A DNA stretch of 51,909 nt, filler included, from Aduncisulcus paluster (lineage: Eukaryota): assembly GCA_024181965.1 (NCBI GenBank). It is 3 parts of 3 records of this genome, joined end to end, with 100 filler letters (N's around TTAATTAATTAA, not from the genome) between each part and the next. Parts side by side here need not be neighbours in the genome. Positions count along the whole stretch, not along the records: positions 21,183 to 44,785 come from BQXS01013872.1; 2 more parts are not named here. One strand, written 5' to 3'. Made by a program: the position numbers and the translations under genes. Positions 23,802 to 36,243 of this stretch are shown piece after piece. Numbering within the stretch: the stretch's first letter is position 1; the number at the start of each line of letters is the position of its first letter. The notes beneath the pieces were generated by a model, which saw nothing but the letters and a program-made list of their open reading frames with translations, was not told where the DNA came from and did not search any database.

Positions 23802-24206
23802 TTGGTATTGTATCAGAAGCAAAAAAAGCTGTTTGTGTCTTTCTCATCTTTCACCCTCATTTCGCAGAAATACATTTGAACAAAAAACGCATTAGCAAGT
23901 GCCATAATTTCAAATATTTTTTTTTATTCGAATAAATCGTCAATTCTATGGTGGTCATTTCTAAAAATAGACGATGATTTCTATGAAATATGGGGATCTT
24001 GGAATTATTTCATATTCATTTCTTTCTTTAAATCGGTATTTATATGGCTCTATACTTTATTTCATTCATTTGGCCCCCAGAAATGTACTTATTGAAAATT
24101 CAAATTTAGTCCAAATTAATGTCATTTTCCAACTTTCATAAACCATAAAATAAAACAATTTTATTCAAATATAGGAAATAACAAAAATAGTTGATCAAAA
24201 AATAAA

Positions 24207-25451
24207 TCATTGAAGCAACTTGAAGAAATACCCACATTCAACAGGGGCTTCCTCCACTAAATCACTGACATGGACAGCATTTTGAACTGAATCATAACCA
24301 AATAGAGCTCTAGCGCTCTCTTTTCTAATGGCTTTGGCAATAACTGAATCCTTAGGTCCAGCCCATTCCCTCATTTTACCAACGATCTCCTCGGACTCAC
24401 TACTAATACACACAGCAACACATGAATCACTGCTCAAATGTCTCACCATTGCAGAGTATTCGGGTGTAGCTCCTTCGTATACTGCGTAGAATTCTTTGGT
24501 CTGTTCAGGTGTCAGGGTAAACATCTGAACGGCTGATATAAAGGCATTGGAGGGTAACGATTTATCAAGGTGCTGAAGAATGCTTCCAACCTTCTTTTCT
24601 TTGACTGCATGTGGCAGAATAACAACACAGGTACAGAAAGGAGTGGCACTGGCAGTGGAACGAAGAGGACATTTTCCATCATCTCCAAAGACAATGCCAA
24701 GCTCTCTCTCTGCAGATGAAGAGGAATCGCTTCCATGAACAGCATTGTATGTGATATTCTTGGCATATAAAGCACGAAGAGAACGAGGGTTTTCTCTCTT
24801 GGCTGTTTCTGGGTTAGTTGGACCCATCAAATCTCTCCATCTCTTGACACACCCTTCTCCACGCAATTCCATAACACACATTGGTTCACTGGTGATCATT
24901 TTCATGAGGTTGGGGTAGAAAGATTTCCCATCATGTTCTTTGTAGAGTCTTCCGGCAATCTCTTCACTCATACGTGCAGATTTAAGTCGATGAATAACTA
25001 ATCCCGACTCCTCAATCCTAGAGATGATGGAAGGAACGTGTTCAAATGTCCCTGGCTTAATCATGGCATAAGTGCGCTCAACAGAATCAAAGGCAGTCTT
25101 TGTAAAGGCATCACCATAAGAAACAATTTTAAGCTGCCTCCCAAAAATCTTAACGTGGCGGTCAATATCTAAAGCATCTAAATCCAATGGAAAGGTTGTA
25201 CGTTTCAAGAAACACCGCTTTGTACGTTCGTCGAACTAGAAATACAAAATTGGAGGATAAAGAATGAGAAACAAGTTGCAAACGAAGTTAAAATATATGA
25301 GATATAAAAATAATTTCTTTTAAAATCGAAAACATACCATTTCGATGGTGCCATCACTCAAATAATAAAATAAGGTGTAAGGTCTTATCAAATCAGCTGC
25401 AACATCATAATATTCACAGTTAAAGGCATATCTTTTCCTGTATTCAGCCAT
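24207..25451 (-). CDS. NME7: Nucleoside diphosphate kinase 7 (DM10 + two NDK domains); exons 25451-25338 and 25235-24207
   Basis: Spliced N-terminus RYAFNCEYYDVAADLIRPYTLFYYLSDGTIEMFDERTKRCFLKR (DM10). NDK motifs TYAMIKP, NAVHGSDS and NAVHVSD. Confidence 0.92.
25236..25337 (-). other. Spliceosomal intron, 102 nt, GTATGT...TTTCTAG, phase 0
   Basis: Removal restores the contiguous DM10 motif IEM|FD..TKR.FLKR. Confidence 0.93.
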
Positions 25452-25664
25452 GTATTTTCTTGTTTTTGCAGTATTTGCAAAGAAAACGATGTTTTCTCGT
25501 TTTTTGTTTATTGTTGTGTTCTATGGCTATCCTCAAATAAAATGAAATAATTTTGTTATTTAAATGGGTAAAAACATCATATTAAAGATGAAATATCAAT
25601 AGATTTTCTTGAAACTCAGCCGGAAATTTTCAGTTGCGGTTTTGCCACATATAGAACTGGGATA

Positions 25665-26804
25665 ATGAGTGAACAGGCCTATCCAAAGTTAGAAACAATA
25701 ATTATCAAATCTTTATTGGGTGAGACTGTTGAAAAGTTCAATTTTCTTGAATTAATTGCTCCTGATGTTTTAAGCCATCATGAAGAATTAAGTGAATATG
25801 TTGGAGAGGAAATGTCAAGAATTATTCAACATCAACGAAAATTAGAAACTGAATTTGAATCATTAGCCGCTAAACGTGCGCAATTAACAGGTGTCGGTAA
25901 ACGTGTTGAAAGAGAGCTCGTTCAGAAGGAGATTGATAACATTTCAAAACAATTAAAACAAAGTACAAAAATTTTATGCAAAAATTTGAAAGATAATCCG
26001 AATGTCTCGGTAAATTTATTAAAGGTTCAAAAGCATCGTGAAGAATTGCAACGTTTATTGGCTTCCACCTTAAGTGAAATTGAAGAAACAGAGGAATTTA
26101 AGCATCTTCAAGAGATAGTTGAGGAAGAACTCGAAAAATATAGATCATATGTCCGTTTGATGTTAAAAGAGAAAGAATCGTCCGAAAAGCTTCGAGCCTT
26201 GCAAGCTGAAATTGATAAAACGCGTGATAAACATGCTGAAGCCATGAAAGCTCAAGCCAAAAACTTTGAATCGCTTCGTCTTGAAATGACTCAGACAAGA
26301 AAGGAAACTGCTGAGAGAAGTGTCCTCGAAGCAAGAACAGCCGATGGAGCTGCTTTTGCTCGCGAGAGATCAGCTGCTTGTGAGGCCCATATCCTTGAAC
26401 AACGTGTTCTTGATCTTCAACGTCGGGTTGATCGTGAAGAAATTGCTTCCACCCTTATTCAAGACCATCTTACTCAAGTATGTGAGAAACTATCGCTTGA
26501 AATAGAACGTTGGGAGGCAAGAAATGAGAAATATTCCACAGAACTTAGAGCTGGTATTGAAGATATTATTGATAAAAAAACTGATATCCAAGGAAGAATT
26601 TCTGCGTTAAAATCTCAAATATCTGACGAAGAACAGGCTAAAGTTGAGGCTAAACGTGAGTCAAAGTTTGTGGAATCCATGGAAAAAGCACGTTCTGAGG
26701 CCATTAAAGCCAGACATTCATATGCCCTCATCAAAATGCAGAAATTATGGCATGAAGCTTTTGAAACACTGCCTGATGATCTTAAAAAGCAACAGAGAAA
26801 ATAA
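25665..26804 (+). CDS. DRC9: Dynein regulatory complex subunit 9 / IQCG-like coiled-coil protein
   Basis: STKILCKNLKDNPNVSVNLLKVQ motif, long coiled coil, degenerate C-terminal IQ (ALIKMQKLW). Confidence 0.6.
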   Translation: MSEQAYPKLETIIIKSLLGETVEKFNFLELIAPDVLSHHEELSEYVGEEMSRIIQHQRKLETEFESLAAKRAQLTGVGKRVERELVQKEIDNISKQLKQSTKILCKNLKDNPNVSVNLLKVQKHREELQRLLASTLSEIEETEEFKHLQEIVEEELEKYRSYVRLMLKEKESSEKLRALQAEIDKTRDKHAEAMKAQAKNFESLRLEMTQTRKETAERSVLEARTADGAAFARERSAACEAHILEQRVLDLQRRVDREEIASTLIQDHLTQVCEKLSLEIERWEARNEKYSTELRAGIEDIIDKKTDIQGRISALKSQISDEEQAKVEAKRESKFVESMEKARSEAIKARHSYALIKMQKLWHEAFETLPDDLKKQQRK

Positions 26805-26993
26805 ATTGTTAACTATTTCCAGATGGAATAGCGTAATTCGTTCGTTAATATACTTTGTGCAGTCTGGCGGAATCAAGATATAATCAAAGTATTTACAAAG
26901 GGAATATTGTCATTATGTGAGCTTATTGTTTCATTTTGCATTAAATTATATTTCGACAAGCGTCACTCATTCTAATTTTTTTTTTTCGTTACA

Positions 26994-29949
26994 ATGGACA
27001 CAGACAAATGGATTAAGAAATCTAAGAAGAGAAGATTTGCAATTGCAGAGCTTTTAACTACAGAGAGGGTGTTTGTTGATAGAATTACCGAATTGTGCGA
27101 CTATTATTCCAAATCGTATCCTGATGCCTGTACAGCTCCTGGATGGCCTGAAAGTGCCAAAGACCCACATAAATTATTTGGAGCTATCAATGTATTCATT
27201 GATATTAACAAAAACATTTTAGAAATCTTTGAAAAATACATCCAAGTCAATTCAATCACTGGAGAGCTGTTAGATAATGTCAATCTTCAAGAATTAGTTC
27301 ATGAATTTGCATCATTTGCACCATTTTTGAGAACTTATAGTGCGTATTCTCTTGGATATAAAGCTGCGAATGATCTCTATCTCGAAGTATCTCAATCACC
27401 AGCTTTTGCGGATTGGAGCAAAAAAACACGTAAAAATGTCCAGAAGAAGCGTGATAAAGAATATGAAGCCAAGAAAGTCGAACTTGAAGAACTCAAAAAG
27501 ATTAAGGAAGCCGAAGGTGCTTCCCAAGCTACATTGATGACATTAGGCCTTAGAGTTAGCCGTGAACAGGCTGAAGATCTTGGAAGTTATTTAATATTGC
27601 CCATTCAACGCATCATGCGATACTCTCTTCTTATTTCGGAGATCCAGCACCATACCCACCCTGTTGAGCAGGCTGCAGAGTTTGAATCGCTCTCCAAATT
27701 GCTTACTTTAGTTGATACAATAGCGAAAGATTGCGACGAAGCCACTGCTGATGATGCTGAATTGAAGAAGTTGGTTGATCTTGGCAAACGCTTAACCCAA
27801 ACAGCTGGGCATGTTCCCGAACCGTTTGTCACCGCCCATAGACGGTTTATCTCGGAACATAAATGTAAATTAGACAAACTTATGGTTCGTCCATTCGCTC
27901 TACGTGGAGATATCGAAAGAAAGAATACAAAAGATTCTTCTTCCTCTTCTTCCTCTTCTTCTTCTGCTTCTTCTGCTTCTTCAATTTCCTTATCAAATGA
28001 AACTACTCCCGCTCTTATTCAACCTGAAGAGCAATCTGGTGATTGTGATGAAGCTGTAATCAATAAGCTTGGATCTGCACAGCCTCCAACTGAGAGAAAG
28101 GAAGCTGGAAGTGACTCAATTGAAGAATCTGTTTCATCCTGCGTAATTACACCCGTTGAATCCAAGTCCAGTCCTCAACTAGATCATCTCTCATCTAAAC
28201 AGGATATGTCATCTAAACAAGATATCTCATCTAAACAGGATATGTCACCCTCCTCTCCATCCTCTTCTCAGTCATCACTCTCTGTTGGAGAGCTTTCTCC
28301 CACGTGCGTTTCTGGTGATTCATGTCTTACTGGTAAATCTCATGACAATCAATCTACTTCTCTAGTATCAGAGTATAGTACATGTAAAATTCAGTGTAAA
28401 ATCAATCTTGCTGAACAAATTGATTCTGGCAAGTATATATTCTCTCATCCTCTTCCTCTTCCGCCTTCATCGTCCTTCAAACCACCTATGGGCCTTTCTC
28501 GAACTCTCTTGTTGTTCTCTGATGCCGTATGTATCTGTGCGAGTTCACTGTGGAAATTAAAACCTCGGGAGTGGATTCCTATTGTTAACTGCTTCATTTG
28601 CACTCCCGAAGAGATATCATCAAGAATTGAGTGGGATAAGGATATAGAAAGGATTTGTAAGGAGAAACATGAGCTGTCTGTGCTTTTATTGACCCCCTGG
28701 CAAGTGTATCGAGTGTCGTTTGGCTCTGTGAAAGAGAAGGCTAGTTTTAGAAAAGCCGTATTAAAACGTATTTCTGAGATCGAGCAGAGCTTTAGAGTTA
28801 AAGAGAAGAGGAAAGAATTGTTTTTATTATTGTTAAATGGGAACAAAAAGAACAAGAAAATAGAAAATAATCAACAATCTGTTTCAATATCTCCCGTTCC
28901 TGTTCACGTTATGGAAGATGACAAGAAAGTATCAAAAGAGCTGTCTATTATTTCTGAGCATCCAAAAATAGAACTTGAGAAACAATTAGGAACGCCGGAA
29001 GAGAAGATAATGGAGGTTGTGACGGATGAATTTATTCCGCTTTCAGATCAAGTATTTAAGATATTTTCTTTGTGGGCCGTGAAACCTTCGAAATGTCCGA
29101 CTTTGAATGCTCTCACACTTTCTCAGACGCATTTGGAACATATTTGTGAACTTATCTGTGATTGGGTGAGGGAGAGAAGAGAGAAATGTATTCAAGAGTG
29201 GGCTTGGGTCAAAAAAAGAGCTTTGAAAAAGTATTTGATTAAGAAAGAGAAAGAAGAAGAAGAAGAGAAAGAAAAAGAGAAAGAAGAAGAAAAAGAGAAA
29301 GAAGAAGAAGAAGAAGAACAGAATGATTCTATAAATATAACCACTGAGAATGTCTATTTATGGGAATGGGAATGGGAAATTATTGAGAAACAGCGTGAAG
29401 AACAGGAGAAAGAACATGAGAAAGAGAAGAGAAGAGAGGAAAAGGAGAAAGAAAAAGAAAGGAAAGAGAGAGAAAGAAGAGAGAAAGAGGAGAAAGAGAG
29501 AGAGAAAAAAGAAAGAGAGAGAAAAGAGAAGGAAAGAAAAGAGAAGGAAAAGAAAGAGCAAAGAAAGAAAGAGAAAGAGAAAGAAAGAAGAAGAAGAAGA
29601 AGAGGAAGGCAAAGAAGGAAATGATTTATTTTTAGCGGATGAGAAAGAAGAAGAAGCATTAGAAAAAGAAAGAAAAGAAATTGAAGGGATTTCGGAAACT
29701 TCAAAATCTCCAATTTCAAAATCGACGGGAAAACATGATATTATTTCTGAACAAATTCAGGATATTCATGGAACCTCAAAGAGTAGTGATCACAGTATAG
29801 TAGGTCACATTGAGACTGTGAAAGATACCGATGATCGGAAAGAAGAAGCTTCATCAAGAGACGATTCGAATTATCAGGACTCTGGCGATGTGATTGAGAA
29901 AAAGCAACTGAAAAGTGTGAGTGACCTTCTTTCTCTTTTCCAACGGTAG
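26994..29949 (+). CDS. DH-PH Rho guanine nucleotide exchange factor with a Ser-rich insertion and an E/K-rich tail; one frameshift in the (GAA)n tract at ~29590
   Basis: AIAELLTTERVFV, FAPFLRTYSAY, LGSYLILPIQRIMRYSLL (DH); RTLLLFSD (PH). The tail continues in ORF 29350-29949. Confidence 0.85.
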
Positions 29950-30592
29950 TTTTGTGCATTGGTGGGAAGGATTTGGCAGGATTCGAGGTGGCGTTGGTTT
30001 TAGTAAATATTCTGCCAGATCTGTCACTAACGTGGTCAATAATCCAAATACAGACGAAAATCTCAGAGATCATTCCCGATAAGAACTTCTTAGTCCTTGA
30101 AGGAAGTTGATGAAAGAGCAATAAACTTTAATCAATCTAGGAAATGTCTCAAATAAACCCAAAGCGTTCGCAAGGAGCCATTCTTATTCTAACCCGGAAA
30201 ATGAATATGGATTGCATTGAAAAATATGTCTTTATAATTTATATTGGTTATAAATCATTTGAAGGTGTTTTTTTATGCATGAATTTCAGCGAAATGGTTC
30301 AAAAAAGTGGGTCATTTAAATTTTGGCCTCATTTAGGTATTAGCTGGTGACAAAACTATATTCAACTGAATAATATCTGTTCAATTAATCCAAGATATCA
30401 CTAATACTCCTTGTTGTATGTTCAATTAACTCAATATTTGTGTTGTTGATCGTTGTCTCTATTAACCTTAACTTTCTGCTCTCTTTTGAATGTTTTTATC
30501 CTTTTAATATATCCGTTATGTTTATTTTTATTAGATTTTATCCATATTTCAAAGCCAACAAAACCCTAAATCGATCGTAGATAACCTAACCA

Positions 30593-32992
30593 ATGAGTTC
30601 ATCCACAGCTATTCAAATCATTAAACCAGAGTTTATTCGAAGGGGAGCTAAAGATTTCTGTCCAATTCCTAGAGATTCCCCAAATATTGAGAGTCCAAAG
30701 TTTCCAAATATCAGAGCTAAAAATACAACCAAAACAGTAGGTAGTTATGGGTTCGACCAAAGTAACAGAGCCCAAGAAATGATGAAAGGGGAGTACATTA
30801 GTACAGAATTATATACCAATATTAGCATTCCTTTCCCTACATCCTCCCCAATTAAGGGGGCCTACATTTGTGTAAATTCTGATGATCTCTCACATCTTAT
30901 CTTCACTTTCACATCTTCAAAGGGAGAGCAAATATCCAAGAAATATGAATTTTCTAAATATGGAGGTTGGTATTTCCTTCCTGTTGATCTCCCTGATGTT
31001 ATTCTGTGTGAGATTACAGGGAGAGGAAGAAAGGAAGAGGAGTTTGATGTCTCATCCCTTGTTTTAGAAGAGTGTTTTGGGATCCTCTCTCTTGTTTTCA
31101 TAAGAGAAGAAGCCCCTGAAGAAACATTAACTCGTGAAGCCAGAGAGAAACTATGGTCTGAAGCTCCAGTTGTGAAACCAGAGTTTGTTAAGGAAGGTGA
31201 TGAAGAATCTCAAGGTAGAGATTCTATTCCCATTCCACGTGATGATCCAAAGCTTGTAGATCTTTCATTCTCAATGGTGAAGTGCAAGGATGCTTCGTTT
31301 TGTCAGGAATCTAGGTTTTATGATAAGAGTTTAGATGCACAAAGAATGTTAAAGGGGAAAGATTATGTACGGTTATCCCATCTTTCCATCTCTATTCCAT
31401 CCCCAAGTTCAATCAAAGGTGCTTATATCTGTGTGGATGATAGTAATAGTTCACCCTCTCTTCTCTTCACTTTCACTGATTGTGATTATAAGAAGACATC
31501 CAAGAAGTATGAATTCACAAGACTAAAACAATATGAATGGTACTTCCTTCCTATTGATTTATCGAGTGTTATATTGTGTGAGATTGAAGGGAAAGGAAGG
31601 TGGGCTGGGAGAAATAATCGGAGTTTCTTAATCAACTCCCTTGTTTTCCTTCGAGGTGATGATATTCCTGGCAAGCCCAAGTCTAACCCCAAGCACGACT
31701 CGCTAACCCTGACATCTGTATCCACGCTGACTTCACAGTGCATCATTGGCAGTGGTGGGTTCGGAGAGGTCCTTCTTGTGAAAGTTGATGGCATTCCTTT
31801 CCCATGTGTTCTGAAGAAGATGCTTCGAAGTGCGGACAAAACTGTTGTGAAAGGGTGTCGGAAAGAGTTTAATGTGCAACTCGAGTTGTTTACGAATCCC
31901 AAATGTTTCAACCGTATCCCACGTCCTCTGTATATCCTTGACCTGCTTGATTCCGATATGAAAGGTGTATATGGCTTCCTGATGGAGTTTTGTGTTGGAG
32001 GCAGTGTGAGTGCGTTTTCCAAGCGTTGGTGTGCCGATGGCAAGTATGTGAGTGTTGATGATACTGCTGATGATAGTGAACCCTTAGACGCAGACGCAGA
32101 CTTTGACTCAGATCTATATCTAGACTCATGCTCAAGACCCACCGTTGAGAGTGCCGATGTTGACACTGCTGTGCCTGACTTTGACGCCATGACACTGAAC
32201 CCTGTGAAAGTGTGTTCGTTATGTGTTGGGATGATCGAGTGTCTTGATGATGTGTTCACGGCTAAACCAAAGCTTGTGCATCGAGACGTGAAACCTGACA
32301 ACTTCCTTGTTCGTGTTGATCCCGATTCTAAGAAGTGCACCGTTGTCCTTGCAGATCTTGGATTCGTGCAGATCCAGGATTCCGTCTCCTCTTCAACATC
32401 TTCCCAACAGATTGTCTCGACTGATGCGGCCCTAAAGAAAGGTAAGAAGGAGGAGCGTCGTGTTGTGTGTGGAACGTATGTGTTCAATTCGTACAAAGCA
32501 TTGGTTGAAGGTCTCCAATCACAACTCAGTGATGCCCACTCCTTGGGAATGTCCATCCTCTCTCTGTTCATGTGCTTGCCACCTTTCGTTGGTCATCCAA
32601 CTCTGAGAGGAATTGATGATACAATGGAGTTTGTTAAGAAACTCTGTTTCCTGTTATCCAATGGAATGACCCCTAAACTCTCCAGTTCTCCCCTTTTCAA
32701 AACCCTTTTGACCATTGATGGTGGTAAGTACGAACCTGTTCATAAAGTGTTTAATGAAGTGTTCACAGGTCTTACTATGCTTGATGTTGACAAACGCATG
32801 AGTGTGCATGATGCTCGCAAAAAAGTGCAACCTTTCAAATTTTTACTTCCGACGATTGGAGAAGATTTTGTATGTCCATCTATTGATGATATTATCAAAG
32901 AACAAAAATTTCTTCATTATGAAAATTCTGGATCTATTTTTAATGATTCAGAAAAACAAAAATCGACCTGGAAATCACATGATATACCCTGA
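30593..32992 (+). CDS. Divergent Ser/Thr protein kinase with two tandem ~180-aa N-terminal repeats
   Basis: IGSGGFGEV, VLKK, HRDVKPDN, ADLG. Repeats KPEF...PIPRD.P...IKGAYICV...FTFT...SKKYEF...WYFLP.DL..VILCEI.G occur twice. Confidence 0.88.
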   Translation: MSSSTAIQIIKPEFIRRGAKDFCPIPRDSPNIESPKFPNIRAKNTTKTVGSYGFDQSNRAQEMMKGEYISTELYTNISIPFPTSSPIKGAYICVNSDDLSHLIFTFTSSKGEQISKKYEFSKYGGWYFLPVDLPDVILCEITGRGRKEEEFDVSSLVLEECFGILSLVFIREEAPEETLTREAREKLWSEAPVVKPEFVKEGDEESQGRDSIPIPRDDPKLVDLSFSMVKCKDASFCQESRFYDKSLDAQRMLKGKDYVRLSHLSISIPSPSSIKGAYICVDDSNSSPSLLFTFTDCDYKKTSKKYEFTRLKQYEWYFLPIDLSSVILCEIEGKGRWAGRNNRSFLINSLVFLRGDDIPGKPKSNPKHDSLTLTSVSTLTSQCIIGSGGFGEVLLVKVDGIPFPCVLKKMLRSADKTVVKGCRKEFNVQLELFTNPKCFNRIPRPLYILDLLDSDMKGVYGFLMEFCVGGSVSAFSKRWCADGKYVSVDDTADDSEPLDADADFDSDLYLDSCSRPTVESADVDTAVPDFDAMTLNPVKVCSLCVGMIECLDDVFTAKPKLVHRDVKPDNFLVRVDPDSKKCTVVLADLGFVQIQDSVSSSTSSQQIVSTDAALKKGKKEERRVVCGTYVFNSYKALVEGLQSQLSDAHSLGMSILSLFMCLPPFVGHPTLRGIDDTMEFVKKLCFLLSNGMTPKLSSSPLFKTLLTIDGGKYEPVHKVFNEVFTGLTMLDVDKRMSVHDARKKVQPFKFLLPTIGEDFVCPSIDDIIKEQKFLHYENSGSIFNDSEKQKSTWKSHDIP

Positions 32993-33387
32993 ATTATCAT
33001 GAGAATATGAAACTTTAGGTCAGATAACTTTACTACACTACACTTACTCCGAGTAATTCAGAGTCTGAAATTGATTATCTGAAGTTGATCTAAATTTAGA
33101 ACAATTATCTAAATCAATTTATCTTTTCTTTTATATCAAAGGTGAATAATAACAAGCAGCTCTGCAAGCAGAAATTCTATTGTTTTGTTTTTGATATACT
33201 GAAGAACTATTTTTAACTTAGATAGATGATCTGTTTTAGTTTTTTGTACTATACTATATACTGTACTTTTCTCAATGTATTTCTAACTTATAAACCATTT
33301 GGAGTCTCAAAGAAGGGATTTTAGAATAAATCAATCTTATTCCGAATAAGTTACTATAAATAGTTACTATAAAAAGTTTCTCAGAAC

Positions 33388-35924
33388 TCACTCCCACATT
33401 CCAAAGAGAGAACTCTCAACAAACATGATACAATCCCTTTCCGTGCGTATTTTCTGTATAATGGTCGCATCACTGGGTTCAATGCTTGTTTTTAGTGATT
33501 TTCCTTCTTTGAATCTCTCAGGATCTATAAATAGACGATTATAATCACTCATGGTTGGGATATAAATAGATTCAGACGACTCTGAGTGATGCCTAATTTT
33601 ACCATCAAATGACTTTTCATCCTCTGAAGTGACTATTGAAATGCCAGTCAATTGTTTTGTTTTGTATTCACAGAGCCCCACTTTCTCCCTTTCTTTCACC
33701 AATAGGGACCTTCGTCTCCATTCTTCCTTGTTCCTTGATGACTCACGATATTCAGACAGCTTTCTCTGACATTCCCGTTCGACCATGACTCTTAGTGACA
33801 TTCCAGAGAGCATTTGAATAGATCGTGGGGCATCTAATCCATGCTTAGAGAAGGAGAAGAAGAGTGAAACAAGGGGGGGATAAAATGAAGAGGAAAGGGA
33901 TGAGAAGGAGTAGAGAAACTGGCTTGGGACAGCAAGAGAAGAAGAGGAAGAAGAAGATATATCTTGAGTATTTTTATCTTGATGGATGAGATAGCGTAAT
34001 CCTGGATATTTCAATAAAACATTCATCATCTCCACACATAGACAGAGCGAGGACACACAACCACATTTCATAGCAACTTTATCCATCTTAATAAGGAACG
34101 ATTTAAGCATTTTTTGGGGGATATATGAAGAGTTAAGAGAAGTGGACAGAGTTTGAAGGAAAGGTGCTCGGATGCGCTCAGCGTTCAGAGAAAGCGTAGA
34201 CACATCAAGAAGTTCCAATAAATGGCTGTAAAACCCATCAATATTCATGTTGTGCTCAATCAATAACCTGTATTCACAGAAAAGTGACATCACAGCTAAT
34301 ATTCCCCCCTTTGAGAAAGTATATTTTAAGAAATCAAGTAAAAGGGGCAAGGAATGGGTTGGAAATGATGAGGTGGAGATGGCTTGAGTCCCATCAACGA
34401 GCAATTTCCTTATATCACCTGTCAAGAGACGAAGGACAAAGGTCACGTCGTGAGGGGATAGTTTTGACACAGCATGGACGAATATATCGTCCCAAAGGTC
34501 GCATATGAGCCATTTTATGTATCCAGAGTCAAGCCAAGGGGACACAATCGGAGAGTCAAAGGCTTCATTCTCTTTTTCTTTTTCAAGCTGTTTCCTCTTT
34601 GCTTTCAAGTCTAATACCTTCTTTTGAGTCTCAGGAGTGAAATACATACTACTTACGGCCTTATTTTTACCAATGACGCTCCTTTTCTTAAGGGAGTTCT
34701 GGATAATGTGAGGAAGAAGAGAAGAAACTGGTTTTGAAGCTGCAGCCAAGGTATCCGCTTCATCATCATAAATTGACTGTAAAATACCTTTGTAACGATC
34801 GAGAAGGCTCGTAGACGCGGATTCGGCCTTAGATTTTGAAGATCTTCGTTTGGCACGCAGCTGGAATTGTTTATCCAGAGTCGCTTGTGCAGTGTGAGAA
34901 TAAGGTCGCATATGAGCCATTTTATGTATCCAGAGTCAAGCCAAGGGGACACAATCGGAGAGTCAAAGGCTTCATTCTCTTTTTCTTTTTCAAGCTGTTT
35001 CCTCTTTGCTTTCAAGTCTAATACCTTCTTTTGAGTCTCAGGAGTGAAATACATACTACTTACGGCCTTATTTTTACCAATGACGCTCCTTTTCTTAAGG
35101 GAGTTCTGGATAATGTGAGGAAGAAGAGAAGAAACTGGTTTTGAAGCTGCAGCCAAGGTATCCGCTTCATCATCATAAATTGACTGTAAAATACCTTTGT
35201 AACGATCGAGAAGGCTCGTAGACGCGGATTCGGCCTTAGATTTTGAAGATCTTCGTTTGGCACGCAGCTGGAATTGTTTATCCAGAGTCGCTTGTGCAGT
35301 GTGAGAATATGACGATGGAAGACGAAGAGATGAGAAATAATGTGAATTGACAACAAAGGGAAGAAGCTCAACAAAGCAATGAGGCAATCCTTGTGAATCG
35401 GTGTCGACTTCACTTGAAATATCGTTAATAATAGAAATAAAGGTACGTAAGTAGGAAGAAGAATCAAATATAGGAGATTCGGGGATGGAAATCAATTTTT
35501 TTGCACACACGAGGGTGAAAAACTTAATATCGCTATAATCTTGACACACATCAACATAGGCAGAGATAACACGCTTACTAACATCCTCTTTGCAACATAA
35601 AGTTGAAAATAATTGGAAAAGAAGATCATTTCTAAACAAAATTCTATAACAAGCACCAGTGGCAGTTCCGAGTTTGATTGGTTTCTTAGAATCAAGACAA
35701 AAATCAACAATATCTTTTAAATCGTCAGACTTAGGTTTTTTCTTGGATTTTTTTGACTTATTTGGAACCTTTTTCTCTATTTTGAAGGCTGATTTAGCAA
35801 GATCTTCGGATTGATATAATGATTGTTGTCTAAGGACAGAAAACAATTCAAGAAGTGAATCTGCTTGCTTTTGAGCATGCTTACTTTTGGAGAATTTGGC
35901 TAATGTCTCCTCCCACTCCTGCAT
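33388..35924 (-). CDS. NOC4: Nucleolar complex protein 4 (NOC4/UTP19, CBF domain); split by a 407-bp duplication
   Basis: YSDIKFF, GGILAVMSL, FYSHLLELL, LNSSYIP..LKSFLIKM. Removing one 407-bp copy gives a single 2130-nt frame. Confidence 0.75.
34495..35308. repeat. Exact 407-bp tandem duplication that breaks the NOC4 frame
   Basis: 34495-34901 = 34902-35308; the length is not a multiple of 3. Confidence 0.9.
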
Positions 35925-36243
35925 TGGTCAAGAAAAGGGTGATTGAATGAAAAGCCTTGAATTACAAATAATCTCATCAAATAATGCTTAAAGATGTGTT
36001 GTAATTAAACCATTATGCTGAAAATAACAAGTATATTGGAATTATTTCCCTTATTTCCACAAATATTCACATTTTCTGTTGTAGGGTGAAATAGTGAAAA
36101 GCAAATGAAATAAATATATCTAATAAATTGGATGATCTTCAATTAAATCTTTTTTGTGACTGAGTTTTCAATATAAAAATAATATTCTCGAAGTGTTTCT
36201 TTTTGGCTCTCTCTTACAACGCATAGAAATACAAAAATATATA

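Noticed and set aside
29580..29624. Frameshift near the RhoGEF C-terminus as programmed recoding
   Set aside because: Falls in a long GAA/AGA low-complexity tract where assembly indels are expected.
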